Positions 24,349 to 37,045 of a stretch of 64,000 nucleotides of DNA are shown in pieces (within the stretch, counting starts at the first letter, position 1; every line of letters begins with the position of its first letter). The notes under the pieces are model-generated. The model searched no databases, was not told where the DNA came from, and worked only from the letters and a program-made list of their open reading frames with translations. A program made the position numbers and the translations under genes. Origin of the DNA: Phyllosticta citribraziliensis (lineage: Eukaryota); NCBI RefSeq assembly GCF_038025025.1, contig NW_027117350.1, forward strand, positions 434,001-498,000, written 5' to 3'.

Positions 24349-27070
24349 ATGCGTGTGCTCCACTTCTCTGGCATCCTTGCCACACTTGCCAGCACCGCGC
24401 TGCAAGTCGAAGCTGCTTGCAACTCTCCTCTCCTTATTGACGACTTCTCCAACTGGTCTTCTAACAACAACGCCCTCAAGTCATGGACTAGCGGTACGCC
24501 TGATTGAAAAATAGTGCCGGTGTTCACTACTGACAGCAATAGATGATGGAACTATGAGCAAGATTTCTGCGGCCAGCAAGACGCTCATATTCCAGCCCAA
24601 GTCTAACTCTTACTTTTACGAGAGCTTTGCTTGCCAGGCCGCAGCTCAGAACGGATATGATTCGCTTTCCTTCTCCGTCAAGGGGCCTGCTGGTGGATCT
24701 TTGACCCTGGAACTCCAATACAAGGCCTCTTGCACTGCTACTGGCCAATACCAGAGTGTCTTCTATCCGGTTACGGGGCTCACCGGCCAAACCCAGACGA
24801 TTACCGTTCCATGGAGCAATTTTGGCGGGGCCAATCCGAGCGCAATCTTCGCCTTCTCGTGGAGTGCCTTTTCAAGCACAACGTTCAGCTGGGAACTCAG
24901 CCAAATCCAATTTGGATGCAGCGGTAAAGCACCCGTTTCATCTAGTGTCAACCCCGTCTCCTCGAGCGCAAAGCCTTCTTCGAGCATCGTCTTGTCGAGT
25001 GGCAAGCCCTCTTCCAGCATCGTCTCGTCGAGTGGCAAGCCCTCTTCCAGCGTTGTCTTGTCGAGTGTCAAGCCCTCTTCCAGCGTTGTCTCGTCGAGTG
25101 TCAAGCTCTCTTCTAGCATTGTCTCGTCGAGCGGCAAGCTTTCTTCTAGCGTCGCCTCGACGAGCTCCAGACTTATTTCTCTCATCGTCTCGTCGAGTGG
25201 CAAGGCCACTTCGTCGAGCGCTAAGCCTACCTCGTCTAACGTCGTCGCAGCGTCTTCCAGCACCCCGGCTTCGTCCAGTGTTGCCGGATCCTCCAAGCCC
25301 ACTGGCTCCGTCATTGCCGCATCGTCTGCTACTCCTTCGTCTACCCTGGTCACTTCGGTCGGTTCATCACCCAGCTCCGCTCCTGGTCAGTGTACGAACA
25401 CCTTGATCGATGACTGGACCTCGCAGTCGCGTCTCACCTTCTTGTTTTACAACGCCATGCTCAACCCCAGCTCGGATGACGGTACCATGAAGTCTGTCGT
25501 TGTGAACCCGGGCAACCGTGTGACATTGACTCCCAAGAACACCGCCTCTTACATGTACAGCCAGCTCGGTTGCATGAACGCCAAGAACCATGGAGGTATC
25601 TCTCTGCGCATCAAGGCTACCGCTGGATCCTCTTTCGCGATTGAGCTCGATTCCGGTTGTGGCACCAATCCGAAGGCAATCACCCTCACGACGACTCAAT
25701 TGGGCTGGTCTTTTGATGGCACTGAGAAGCTTTACACCATTCCCTTCAGCAAATTCTCCGGCTTGGACACGTCGGCTCTGCAGACTGTCCTCTTCTCCAA
25801 TCTCAAGTCTGCCGTCACTTTCGGCCCAATGCAGCTCTACTGTGGAGACTCAGGGGCCGAGTACATTCCGCCGACGAACCCGTCTAACCCTGCCGTCACG
25901 GCCACCGTTCCCGCTCCCACCGGCACTGCTGCTGCCCTGGTTATTGACAACTTCTCCAAGAAGGATACCAACGCCCTCAACTTCTTCCACGGCGCCGACG
26001 ATGGAATGACCCTGAAGTGGGAGACGAACAAGTTGACCATCACCAGCCCGGACTCTGATTATGCCTTTTATACTCAAGTCTCGGCCACCTGCCGCGACAT
26101 GACTAATTACGATGGCGACTACCTCCACATTGCCTACTCTGGATCCAACGCTTTCAGCATTGCCCTCCAGCAGCACAACCCCAGTTGCAACGAGCAGGTC
26201 GCCCCTTACCCCGAGACCTGGGATTCGCTCGAAGCTGCCCGCTACGCCACTGCCAGTGACATCTACATTCCCATGTCGCACTTCAACATCCAGAGGGGCC
26301 GCGTGATTGGTGTTGCCTTCAAGGGCTTTTACACCACCAACCCTACCACCTTTACCAAGGTTGAAATCGTGCCCTCTGTCCCTGCTGGCTTTACGATCCC
26401 GAACAAGCTGCCATCTGGACAGTTGATGTTCGCGTGCAAGCGCGCCAACAGCTTTGCCTTTGCAATTGACGACGGCGACCCAACCATGGCCCAGGAGGTC
26501 CTCAAAATCATCAAGGAGGAGAACATCAAAGTGACCTTCTTCACTGTCGGTGCGCCGCTGCTGGACCCCAGCACCAACCTATCCAATGTCTACAACGAGA
26601 TGATGTCGGCCGGCCACCAGATCGCCCTGCACAGCTACACGCATCCCAAGATGGAGGGACTGCCTTCGTACGACGCCATCGACTGGGAGTACAACCAAGA
26701 CATTGCTGCGGTCAAGAAGGCCATGGGTGGCCTGCACACGCCATACTTCCGCCCGCCCTTCGGCAACGAGGGAGCTCGCATGCGCCAGCGCCTCGCCAAC
26801 TCTGTCTCGGACATCACCGACAGCCCGTACATTGTCAACTGGAGCGTCGACGTTGAGGACTGGCTGTGGGCAACGAGCAGCACGCCCGAGAAGCAACTCG
26901 AGGCCTTCAACCGCGATGTCAACAAGGGCGGAAACCTGGTCGTCTTGCATTACCTGTACCCCTCAACTGTTGGCTACCTGCGGCAGTTCATCCAGATTGC
27001 CAAGGCAACGGGCAAGAATCTGATGCGTGTTGACCAGTGTATGGAGGACCCGAACGCACCGGCTTTGTAG
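24349..27070 (+). CDS. Secreted CE4 polysaccharide deacetylase with three repeated N-terminal modules and a Ser-rich linker
   Basis: Signal peptide MRVLHFSGILATLAS; intron 24494-24542; NodB motifs AIDDG, HSYTH, FRPPFG, DVEDW and VVLH. Confidence 0.9.
24960..25225 (+). repeat. 33-bp coding tandem repeat (SSGKPSSSIVS-like, about 8 units)
   Basis: Recurrent tcgagtg.caagccctcttccagc units. Confidence 0.9.
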
Positions 27071-27844
27071 AGGGGTTGAGTAGAGTAGGGATGGGATGAA
27101 GAGCGATGTGGGGTGGGTGGTTACGAGTTACGCTTTTCTTAACGCTACGTCTGCGCGAATTGGCGATCTCGCGTGTTCAAATGTTGGGTCGTTGGAAGAC
27201 TTACTGTTGGATTCGGCTTGCAAAATGTTGTAATTTTAGACTCTGGCTGTCGAACACCTTTTTGTTTCATACACTCGCTGCACAGACCTGCGTATATTGT
27301 CTACGCAAATAATCGTATTTTTCAAGCCTACCTGACAAGAAGTCTGGTGGAATCGTCCAAACTGCTCTCGACTGCTCGGGATCGCATGAACTTGTCTTGA
27401 CATGGAGGTACAAGGCGAAGGGATGGATCCCTTGGAATCAGGGTTCCAGAGCCTTGGGCGCTCTGCTCCTTGTATTTGATTTGTGAAGTAGTCCAGGATT
27501 TACCAACAGTGGTTCTTGGCATGAAGAAGAATGTCGTCTCCAATGTTTGGGCGGCATGAGCTGCATGTGGATGTCTTGGGGGAAACTGACTGGAAGAGAG
27601 AGATGGTTGGATGAATGGCACAATATGCGGTGCCGTGGGTGGTGGTTGGGTCAGGGCGTCAAGTGGTCCGTGCTTGCCCGAACCTGAACTTTGGGATCAT
27701 CACCACCACGGCGCGACCGCGTCGCGTCCAATCCTACCCACGACTCCACTCCCACCACAACACGCCGTACGTATCCCGATGCCGACGGCACCCTCAACGC
27801 TGACCCTCTTTGTCTCTCTTCTCGCAGCACTCCTGACCTACTGT

Positions 27845-30517
27845 ATGCTGTCCGTGGTGCGCGCTTGCAGAGCTTCCTTGCGCCCCCGCCGCCTTCCACG
27901 CGCCAGTCCTGCCGTCTCGCCCTCGCCTCGCTACTCTTCTCGTTACCCTGTCACGGCCTCTGCCTATCACGCCGCTTCCTCCCCATCACCACTGAGACGC
28001 TCCCAAGTTATGTTCAAAAAGGCCATTGACAGCCACGACAAGACGTCGAAGGCTCCCACCACCTCGCAGCAGTTCTTCCCAAGCAAAACCAACGCGTCTC
28101 AGCAAGCCCGCGCGCTCTCTTCTGCTTCTGGAAATGTCTCCAAGCCGACTATCGACGCATTGAAGAACCCCAATACCGGAGTCAAGAGGACCTCTACTGG
28201 GTTGGCAAAATCATTGAGCGAACCCCCCAACGCCTTCGCGGATGGCTCTAGGAGGAGCCCATACATCATCGACAGTGCGTCCAAGGAGAACAACTCTTCC
28301 GTGCTGGGCGTCGAGTTGTACGATGACGATTTCGACGATGACCTTGACTTGGATGTGGAGGATCCTGCTGGAAAGGCATCCGTCCAATACCCATCGCTCT
28401 CTGCGCCCCCAGAGGGCCCGAAATCGAGACCTGCTACTTCGTTCACTGCTGTCAAATCTTCCGCCACTACCAAATCTTCCGCCACTGTCAAATCTTCCGC
28501 CACTGTCAAGTCGTCCGCCAAGCTTGCTCGTGTCCCAAGCTTTAGGGAAGCCTCGTACATTCACTCTCCATCAAAGACACAAAGCGTCCCGCCACGCGAG
28601 GCCACGCCGCCCCAAAGCCAAGATCAAATTCCATGGTCATCCTCGCCGGTGGAGCATGTCCAAGCTGTACCTCAGGCAGATGCCATCCGCAAGTTTCTTC
28701 ATTCCGGTTCTGGCGCGGATGATGAAGGCGATCAGCCAAGGAAACGTCGTCACTTGCCGTGGATGGAGAGCCAAGCGGCCAACCAGAAGAGCCAGGAATC
28801 CACTCCCCCTTCCAAGGACAAGCAGTATCTCTGGAATACTTCTGCCAGTGCCATGAAGGAAATGCAAAACAAGCACAAAAAGTTGAGCAAAACCAACAGT
28901 GCAGATAGTGGACTCATCGCCGACGTTGCCAAAAAGCAAAAGGGCAAATTGTCCAAGGTGTTCTTGAGTGAAGAGCAGCACCATGTTCTGGACCTGGTGG
29001 TCGACAAGAAAAAGAGCGTCTTCTTCACCGGTTCTGCGGGTACGGGAAAGTCCGTCCTTCTGCGCGAAATCATCGCTGCCCTGAAGAAAAAGTACGTGCG
29101 GGAAGGCGAGCAAGTCGCTGTGACTGCATCTACTGGCCTCGCAGCTTGCAACATTGGTGGCATTACTCTTCACAGTTTTGCCGGCATTGGACTTGGGAAG
29201 GAGCCGGCAGAAGAACTCGTCAAGAAGATCAAGAAGAACGTGAAACACAAGCAGAGGTGGTTGAAATGCAAGGTTCTCGTCATCGACGAAGTCTCCATGA
29301 TTGACGGCGAACTCTTCGACAAGCTTGAGCGCATCGCACGCATGGTACGCAACAGCGGTCGCCCATTCGGAGGCATGCAAGTGGTCATTACAGGCGACTT
29401 TTTCCAGTTGCCCCCAGTGCCCGAGAAAGGCGGGGTAGCCAAATTCGCTTTCGAAGCAAACACCTGGACCACGGTCATTGACCACACCATCGGTCTTACT
29501 CACGTGTTCCGTCAAAAAGACCCTGTCTTTGCGGGAATGCTCAACGAGATGCGTGAGGGCCGTTTGACCCCTTCCTCGGTCAATGCCTTCCGCTCGCTGA
29601 ACCGGCCCCTTGTCCTTGGCCAGGGACTGCAGGCAACCGAGCTGTTTCCTCTCCGCCACGAGGTCGACAATGCGAACAGGAACAGGATGACAAGACTCCA
29701 TGGCGAGGTGCAAACATACGAGGCCAAGGACGGCGGCAGTGTTACCAATGCCGAACAACGCAGCAAACTACTGTCCAACTGCATGGCACCCCAACAGGTC
29801 CATCTGAAGAAGGGGTCTCAAGTCATGCTCATCAAAAACATCGACGACACACTTGTAAATGGTAGCTTGGGAACTGTAATTGGCTTCATGAACGATGCCA
29901 TGTTCGACAGCTACATGGAGAACGAGGGGGACTTTGTCGCCGGAGCTTCCGTCAACGAAAACGATCCTGAGGCCAACATGAAGCGAGAGCAAATACGCCG
30001 CAGCAAAATCAGTGCGCTTCTGAACGTCGGCAACCAGCAGCTTCTGCCTCTCGTCCGTTTTGCACTGCCAGACGGCACCACTCGCGACCTGCTCTGCCAA
30101 CGCGAATCTTGGAAGATTGAGCTTCCCAACGGCGAGGTACAGGCCTCACGCTCGCAAGTCCCTCTCATCCTTGCATGGGCACTGTCCATCCACAAGGCGC
30201 AAGGACAGACCCTCGAGCATGTCAAAGTCGACCTTGGACGCGTTTTCGAGAAGGGCCAGGCTTATGTCGCCCTGTCGCGTGCCACCAGCATGCAAGGCCT
30301 CCAGGTTCTCAACTTTGACCCTCGCAAGGTCGTTGCTCACGACAAAGTCCGAGAGTTCTACGCCAATCTCAGCCGTGCCCACGTCAAGGAGGACGGTGGC
30401 CTTGTCATGAAGAAGGGATATCAGGGCAAGAAGAGCGCCGGCGTGTCGGCCGAAGAGTACGAAAAATCCCTGGAGGAGTCGTGGGCGAACCAGGGCGCTG
30501 GTGTCGCTTACGGTTGA
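27845..30517 (+). CDS. PIF1: Pif1-family 5'-3' DNA helicase
   Basis: FTGSAGTGKS, IDEVSMI, GDFFQLPPV, WALSIHKAQGQT and GQAYVALSRA. Intronless. In-frame ATGs at 27611, 27779, 27845 and 28010, so the start is uncertain. Confidence 0.95.
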   Translation: MLSVVRACRASLRPRRLPRASPAVSPSPRYSSRYPVTASAYHAASSPSPLRRSQVMFKKAIDSHDKTSKAPTTSQQFFPSKTNASQQARALSSASGNVSKPTIDALKNPNTGVKRTSTGLAKSLSEPPNAFADGSRRSPYIIDSASKENNSSVLGVELYDDDFDDDLDLDVEDPAGKASVQYPSLSAPPEGPKSRPATSFTAVKSSATTKSSATVKSSATVKSSAKLARVPSFREASYIHSPSKTQSVPPREATPPQSQDQIPWSSSPVEHVQAVPQADAIRKFLHSGSGADDEGDQPRKRRHLPWMESQAANQKSQESTPPSKDKQYLWNTSASAMKEMQNKHKKLSKTNSADSGLIADVAKKQKGKLSKVFLSEEQHHVLDLVVDKKKSVFFTGSAGTGKSVLLREIIAALKKKYVREGEQVAVTASTGLAACNIGGITLHSFAGIGLGKEPAEELVKKIKKNVKHKQRWLKCKVLVIDEVSMIDGELFDKLERIARMVRNSGRPFGGMQVVITGDFFQLPPVPEKGGVAKFAFEANTWTTVIDHTIGLTHVFRQKDPVFAGMLNEMREGRLTPSSVNAFRSLNRPLVLGQGLQATELFPLRHEVDNANRNRMTRLHGEVQTYEAKDGGSVTNAEQRSKLLSNCMAPQQVHLKKGSQVMLIKNIDDTLVNGSLGTVIGFMNDAMFDSYMENEGDFVAGASVNENDPEANMKREQIRRSKISALLNVGNQQLLPLVRFALPDGTTRDLLCQRESWKIELPNGEVQASRSQVPLILAWALSIHKAQGQTLEHVKVDLGRVFEKGQAYVALSRATSMQGLQVLNFDPRKVVAHDKVREFYANLSRAHVKEDGGLVMKKGYQGKKSAGVSAEEYEKSLEESWANQGAGVAYG

Positions 30518-30745
30518 GCCTGGCGATAGGGTGCTGTAATACGAATTTTGAGGCGGCTACCCAAAAGACTCGGGATTCTGTTGATGAACTGGAGTGTACA
30601 AGGCTTATGATAAGGCATGACAAATAAGCCGTCGGCGCTGAGAAGGGTGGGATGTTTTCTGCTTTGTTTGGGTAAAGGGGTGTTTCGTCCACGGAGAGAC
30701 AGTTACGGTCCAGTTTTTCGATTGAATGAAGAAGTCATCATCTAC

Positions 30746-31529
30746 CTACTGGCCCATGTACACAGCAATGAGCAGCCCACCCGTGTACGGCGCCGTCGTG
30801 CACCTGAAGCCAATCCCGGAATCGTTCAAATACGCCAACAGGTCTCGGTATTCCTCTGCGCTCACCACGACATTGTCGACGACGACCATGGCGCCCGTCT
30901 TCAAACGCGGCTGCACCAGCTTCAGAGCTGGCAGCGCGAGCGGCGACCAAACTACACGTACGCAAGTCAGTCGTCTTGCCTCCACTCTCCACCTCGATAT
31001 CTCGCGGTGACTTACTATCCAACAGCACAAAGTCGACCTGTTCGGGCAAATCGCTCTTGAGCGTCTCGCGCAAATCGCCCTCGCGCAGCTCAATCCACCT
31101 CTCAACCTCCTCCCGGCCGGCACTCTTCCAGTTCTCCGTCGCGCGCAGCGCCTTGGTCGGCTCATTCTCCGTCGCAATCACCTTCCCCAGCGCGGCCTCC
31201 CCCTGGGCTCCGGCCGCAACCGCCGCCTGCACATTCTGGCCCACGGCCAGCGCCAGCCAGATGGTGCTGACGCCGAACGAGGTGCCGGCCTCGACGACGC
31301 GGCGCGCGGCGCTGGCGCGCAGCAGCAGGTACACCAGCGCGCACTTTTCGGGGTCCAGCGCGACGTAGCGCGTCAGGGCGACGCTGACGGGTTGGCCGTC
31401 GCCCGAGTTGTAGGGCGGTTCGGCGAGGGCGGCGCTGTGGAGGGTGCGGAGGGTGGAGAGGGTGTGAGATGGGGCGTTGAGCGAGGAGAGGGCCGTTTCG
31501 ATGGTTGGCTGAGGGGTTGTGGTGGCCAT
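30746..31529 (-). CDS. SAM-dependent O-methyltransferase (MdmC/CCoAOMT-like)
   Basis: VVEAGTSFGVSTIWLA, GDLRETL, DFVLLD|IW and VVVDN. One intron around 30954-31015. Confidence 0.9.
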
Positions 31530-32129
31530 GGTGGTGGTGGTGGTGGTAGTGTTTGCGTGGGCAGCGAGGGCGAGAGTGCGTGAGTGAGTGGTTGAGTACT
31601 GAGTGACTGAGGACTGCTGCTGGAGAAGAGTATTCTGTGTTTTCTGCCATGCATTTCGCTCCCTATATGTCCTTTGACAGAACCCCTTGTTGGTGAGTCA
31701 CATGCGGGAGCAGTGGGGAATCGAAGCGCTGAAACCAAGGCATGTCATAATGCGGCAGCGTTCATGGCCTGATTGATAAGAAAAATGATGATGCGCCCTA
31801 TGACTCTTGACTGCAAACCAAAAAAGGGCAGTCCACGCGGCCTCAAAAAGGTTTCTCCGCGGGAACGCTATGCTATGCTATGCCGGAAGCCGGCAACTAG
31901 TGTATATCAACAAGAATGTGTGTCAAGCGACGACAATGATCGCTCGAATACAAATGAGAGGCGCGATGCGCTCAGAGGCTTTTTGCAGTCAACTCCTGAC
32001 CCCTTAAGGTGCGAACGATTGAAGAACAATGATTCGGGGAAGTTTCTGCAGTCCATCGCTTCTTCCCAATTAGAAATTTACAAAGAATAAGTGTGATGTG
32101 TGTGTCGCCGACTCCTCTCGACGCCGCGC

Positions 32130-34192
32130 TTAGTTGCCAATGGCCTGGGGGTTCCAGAAGACAGCCTGGGGGTCGACCTGGCTCTTGATGGCCGTGAGAC
32201 GGCTGTAGACGTCATCGCCGTAGTAGAGGTCGTGGGCCTCGGCGGCCGACAGGCTGGGGTCGACGTAGTTGAGGTACGCGGTGAAGTCGGTGTCGGGCAT
32301 GGCGCTCTCCATGGCGTTGTTGAGGCCGGCGACCCAGTCCTGCGTGCCGCTGGGCAGCGCCGCGCCCGCTGACGTGAAGGCGTAGTGCTGCGCGACCCAC
32401 AGCGCGCTGCGGTCCGAGTAGGCCGCGAACGATGAGTCGCGCACGTTGATCTGGCTGTCGGGTCCGCCGTACAGGTTGATGATGCTGTACCACGAGGTGG
32501 GCGCGGGCGTGTTAATCATGTACGAGAAGTAGGACGTCAGGGCCTCGGCCGTCAGGGGCGTGGTTTGCGGCACGACGACCGACTTGGCGAAGAAGTTGTC
32601 GTGAGAGTCGTAGCCCGTGGTGGGGACCGTGATGGTGCTTGCGCCACCGAGAGCCGTCAGAGAATCGATCCAGCCGAGCGGCTTGACGCTGCTGGAAGAC
32701 GGCTTGGGCAGGGTGCGGAGGAGCTCGGGAGCAATCTTGGACTCAAAGTCGCTCTGCGTGCCAAAGTACGTGCCGCTGATGCTGAAGCCCTCGCCGTCCA
32801 TGTACATGCCGAGGCCGAGCTTACGGTCGACAACGGTGCTGTTTTGCGCAAAGTCTTGAATGTGTTGGAAGTAGCTGGCCGTCTTGGAGGCGTCGGCAAA
32901 CATGTTGGGGAGGCTGTAGCTCCAGTTGATCACAGTAGCCGGAGCGGCTTGAGTCTTGAGGTAGAAGTTTGTAATGACACCAATGGAATCAGCAGCACCA
33001 CGGAGAGCCTATTCAATTAGCGGAATTCTTAACCTTTGAAAAGGAGGCTTACCCAGTAAATGTCAGGGTAGGCGGTCGAAGTCGTCTTGATGGCAGTGCC
33101 GTTGGCTAGCACAACATCCAATCCGACAATCTGGTCCATGGCAAGACCCCATGCACGGGAGCTGTATCCGTAGCCACCGTGCGTAAAGTGACCACCAATT
33201 CCGACACCGGGGCAGGTACCATGGGAAAGAGCACGTTTGTTTTGGTTGTAGATACCTTGAGCCAGGTTGCCCAGTCTGACACCACCACCCACAACGGCAA
33301 CGTCACCATTCAAGGTGATGTTTTGGAAGCTCTGGAGATCAATGATCATGCTACCATCCTTGCCACCGGAGCTGAAGGAAGCGTAAGAGTGGCCACCGCT
33401 CTTGGCTTGGACCTTGACTTTGTACTGGCCAGCACAAACCACGGCATCAGAGACATGCTGGACAGTGGTAGGAATGACAATGACGGCGGGAGTGTAAGGA
33501 AGGTGGAGGTTGTACGGCTTGGACAGCTGCGCAAAGTTGGACGAAGAAGCAAAGCTGACGGGGACGTTCTTGGCTCCCAAGCAGTCGGCCAAGCCAGTAG
33601 GCGTAGAAGTGGCTGGCTTGGATGTAGAAGCGGAGGTTGTGCTAGTGGTGGGAGAAGAGACCGGCTTGGAGGTCGAAACTGATGAACCGCAGGTTCCGAA
33701 CAAAGACTGACATCCGTTGCTACAGTAGTTTGTTCCTGACCCACACCAGCCGTATTGGGAGCAACAATCACCAAATCCGGAGCCCAAACAAGTGAGTTTG
33801 CCTGAGCCTCCACAGCTGCCGTCCTTGGAGACATTTCCGCTGTCTTTGACGACTGGGGAAGAAGAAGCCGCCTTTGACGAAGTCGTTGATGAGGAGGATA
33901 TTTTGATGGTCGACGAGGAAGACTTTGGCGGGGACGAGGTGGGGGTTGATGTGCAAGTGCCAGCAAGAGAGTTGCATCCGACAGCACAGTGATCAGTAGT
34001 CTTTCCACACCATCCGTATTGAGAGCAGCAAGGCCCAAATGAAGACCCAGAGCAGGTGTTGCCGGTGCTACCGCCGCAGGTACCATCGCGAGAAATCTTT
34101 AAGCTGCTGCTGCTAGTTGCAGCAGGGGCAGGGATAGCATTGCAAACGGCGGACAAGGCGCAGAGCGCCAGGACCGACCGAAGCATGGTCAT
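32130..34192 (-). CDS. Secreted AA7 oligosaccharide oxidase (BBE-like) with two CBM18 chitin-binding domains
   Basis: Signal peptide; two CCSQYGWCG hevein domains; SGGHSY and GTCPGVG (FAD-linking His and Cys); YLNYVD...K..VDP...F BBE end. Intron 33009-33052. Confidence 0.92.
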
Positions 34193-35110
34193 GTAGTCGG
34201 AGACGGACGAGAGGCGAGTGACTGAGTAGAAGAGAAGCTGAAGTGGTGGGCTCGGCTGGGAATTAGAAGTGGAGAAGCGGGAGAAGTGAAGAATGATGAT
34301 GGTCAACAGCAGGGGATCACGGGTCTTTGTAGTCAAGAGTAGCAAAGCAGCAAGCGATCGAATTAGATTGACAAAGGGTCAATGTTGGAGCAGAGGCGGC
34401 GCAATGTCCAAGCCCAGGCAGCGCGGACTCGCTGAAGGTCCGACAACACGAAGGCATGGCGGGCGTTAGACGAGCGCCAGGCGGCGGAGAGGGCCGCGAT
34501 CCAGGGAATTTTTGACAACGCTAACGGTGGCGGATGACTTCTACATTGACAGACAGGTTGCGCAAGGCAGCTGGGCGGCCAGCCATAGGTCGGGGGCGGA
34601 GCTGGAGGGCGGAAGAGGGCTGGCCGGGGGGTTTTTGCAGCACGACGTCGAGCCATGTGGACGACTCGGGCTAGCGGCTTTGGGCCAGAAGTGGCCCAAA
34701 ATAGACGTGACAAGCTTATATACACGCTTGTTTGTGCATCGCATCGCATCTGGTAAATGGCATGCTGCAGTGCCCGAATCCTGCGCGCCCCTTTTGCTGT
34801 CAGAATCTCGTATAACGCACCAGCGACGTTGTAGCAAGAGTAGGGCCCCCGGTGCCAGTGCCGAGTGTCCCCCGCGGGTTCGCCATTTCGAGAGTTCAGC
34901 CCAGCGCCAGCCCTACGCTGGCGGCCGCGCTCCGTCGTCGACCATTGTCCAAAGCTGACCTGCTGTACCGTGGCTCCGTCGGCATATTCCTAACTTCCTT
35001 CCCAATGCGCTCGCTTACGCCTAGCTTGCTTTTCTTCCTTCGACGTCCCGTCGTCAACAACCTCCAGTCCAGCTCCACCGCGACCACGATGCAACCTCGT
35101 CATTGCTTCT

Positions 35111-36340
35111 TCATCCGCATGCAAAGCACGCTGACGGCGTCTGCACCCCCGAGCTCTGGCCTGACAGGGCTGGTGAGATGGCCGTCTTGTCCGGTCCGGT
35201 AATCGTCTGACCCTTTTTGACGGCAAGCTGCGAAGAACGCTTATGTGCCGGATCTGGGTTGTAGTAGTCGTCCTTGATTGGGTGAATCATGACCGTTTGC
35301 TTGTGGATTGTCACTGTCGAGTTGGTCGGCACAGTAACCCAATTGTCTGTCATCCAGTCAGCTCGTATGCCAATACCCTGACGAGATCGAGGCCCACCTC
35401 GCTCGAACGTCAGTGGCTCGCTTGCCACGAGCACAATGTCGGCACCCTTGTCCCTGCGCTCCATCTTGTAGTCCTTTGCTTCTCCAGAGCTCTGCTCCTT
35501 CCAACTCGTGCCGGAAGAGAAGAACAGACTCGCCGCCTCATCCGTCGTGCTGCTCACATATCGCGTGCACACCACGCTCTGCCCATCGGTGACGGCAAAG
35601 TTGAGCAAACTTATCCTGTCCTTCTCGCTCACGTCTGCCGGCACGTCCTTGGTAAACTCGTTGATCCGTTCTATCGTCCTCAACATGGCCTTTCTCAACA
35701 CTGTGTGTCCGAAGCCGTTCTCACCAACCTCGGTATTCGGCGAGCATCCCATCTTGTCCATGCAATCCAAAAACAATGCAAAGCACCACTCGCTGTCGGT
35801 GCTCCCCTGGACGAAGTTGAACCACGGATCCCCCAGAGACGTTGCTAGCCTCCTCTTGACATGATTCCAAGCTCCCACGCCTCCATTGTGCATGAACATG
35901 AGACCCTTGTGCCGAAATGGGTGACAATTACTGTCTGAAAGGTTTCCGGAGGTGGTGGCGCGGACGTGGGCAAAGATGAGGTTGGAGGTGGTCTTGGAGG
36001 CGAGGCGTTCTAGATTGATGCAGTTCCACGCAGGAATGGTCGACGTAAAGATGCAAGGCTCGGGGCCCAGGTCGGGGGACGTGTAGTATCCCACACCGAA
36101 GCCGTCGCCATTGTGTGGGCGGCGTGTGTCCTATTCTCCGTCAGACGTGGTAGAGGGGCTCCAGAAAGCGTCGGGCACGTACCAGGCGAAGACGAGAGTC
36201 GTAAGATTGAGTCAAGATGGAATGCGTAGGGTCAAGAATGAGCTTGGACAACAGGATCTCGTCCTTGCCTTTGTAGACCTGTGTCGTGTGAGCTGCGGCC
36301 GATCTCGCTTCGGGGATTCACGTACCAGGAATCTACACAT
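35111..36340 (-). CDS. DUG3: Class II glutamine amidotransferase Dug3 (glutathione degradation)
   Basis: MCRFL|VYKG with N-terminal Cys, HNGDGFGVGYY, FAHVRA, NCHPF and GSTDSEW. Introns around 36279-36325, 36131-36182 and 35347-35397. Confidence 0.93.
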
Positions 36341-37045
36341 AGTTGATAAGGTGGTAGAGTCGATCAAAGGAGGAGAACAGGAGGGAGAGGAAAAAGGAGG
36401 GTAAAGCGGTGGGGGAGTAATGTATCACGGTTTAAGGCGCATCTCAGAGGTACAGGTACGCCGAATGGCTGGATACTCTGAAATATCGCGATGACGCGAT
36501 TGGCCCATGTGATCTGTGCAGGCGTTTGGCGCAGCGCAGGGCGAGCGGCAATAATTGCCACTGAGCACGCGATCGGATTTGCTGCGCGCAGCTTTTTGCG
36601 CGGCAGAGCGAAGAATAGATGCTTCTGGAGGGCTTTCGGAGAGACCAGCCGTGCGTCTGGGAGTCACTGTCGAAAGGGTTCGATGACGAGGTTTGATATA
36701 GCGTGAAAATCAATCGATTGTAGAGAAACGAAAGACGCTGCCCGAGCCAGAAACGTATTGAAAGGATAGAAATTTGTCCGTGAGGATGCGAATGGTCTAT
36801 AGCGAGTGCGGTGTTGGAGTTGCGAGGAGCAGAAGGTAAAGAAGACCAACACGTGGAGCTCTCCCGTCCTGATCGACGTCAGCCTCGACAAGGCCGCACC
36901 CGCTGCCCTGCACCTCCAGACCAGACCCCCGACCGTCACCGCTGCCAACCCACCTGCAACCCTGTTCCACCACAACAGAACCACTCAACACCAATCCACA
37001 TGCAAACGACGACCACGCGACTACGCTGATATCGCTCTCGCCAGC

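Noticed and set aside
30746..34192. Methyltransferase plus FAD oxidase as a secondary-metabolite cluster
   Set aside because: No backbone synthase, and the oxidase is a secreted carbohydrate enzyme.
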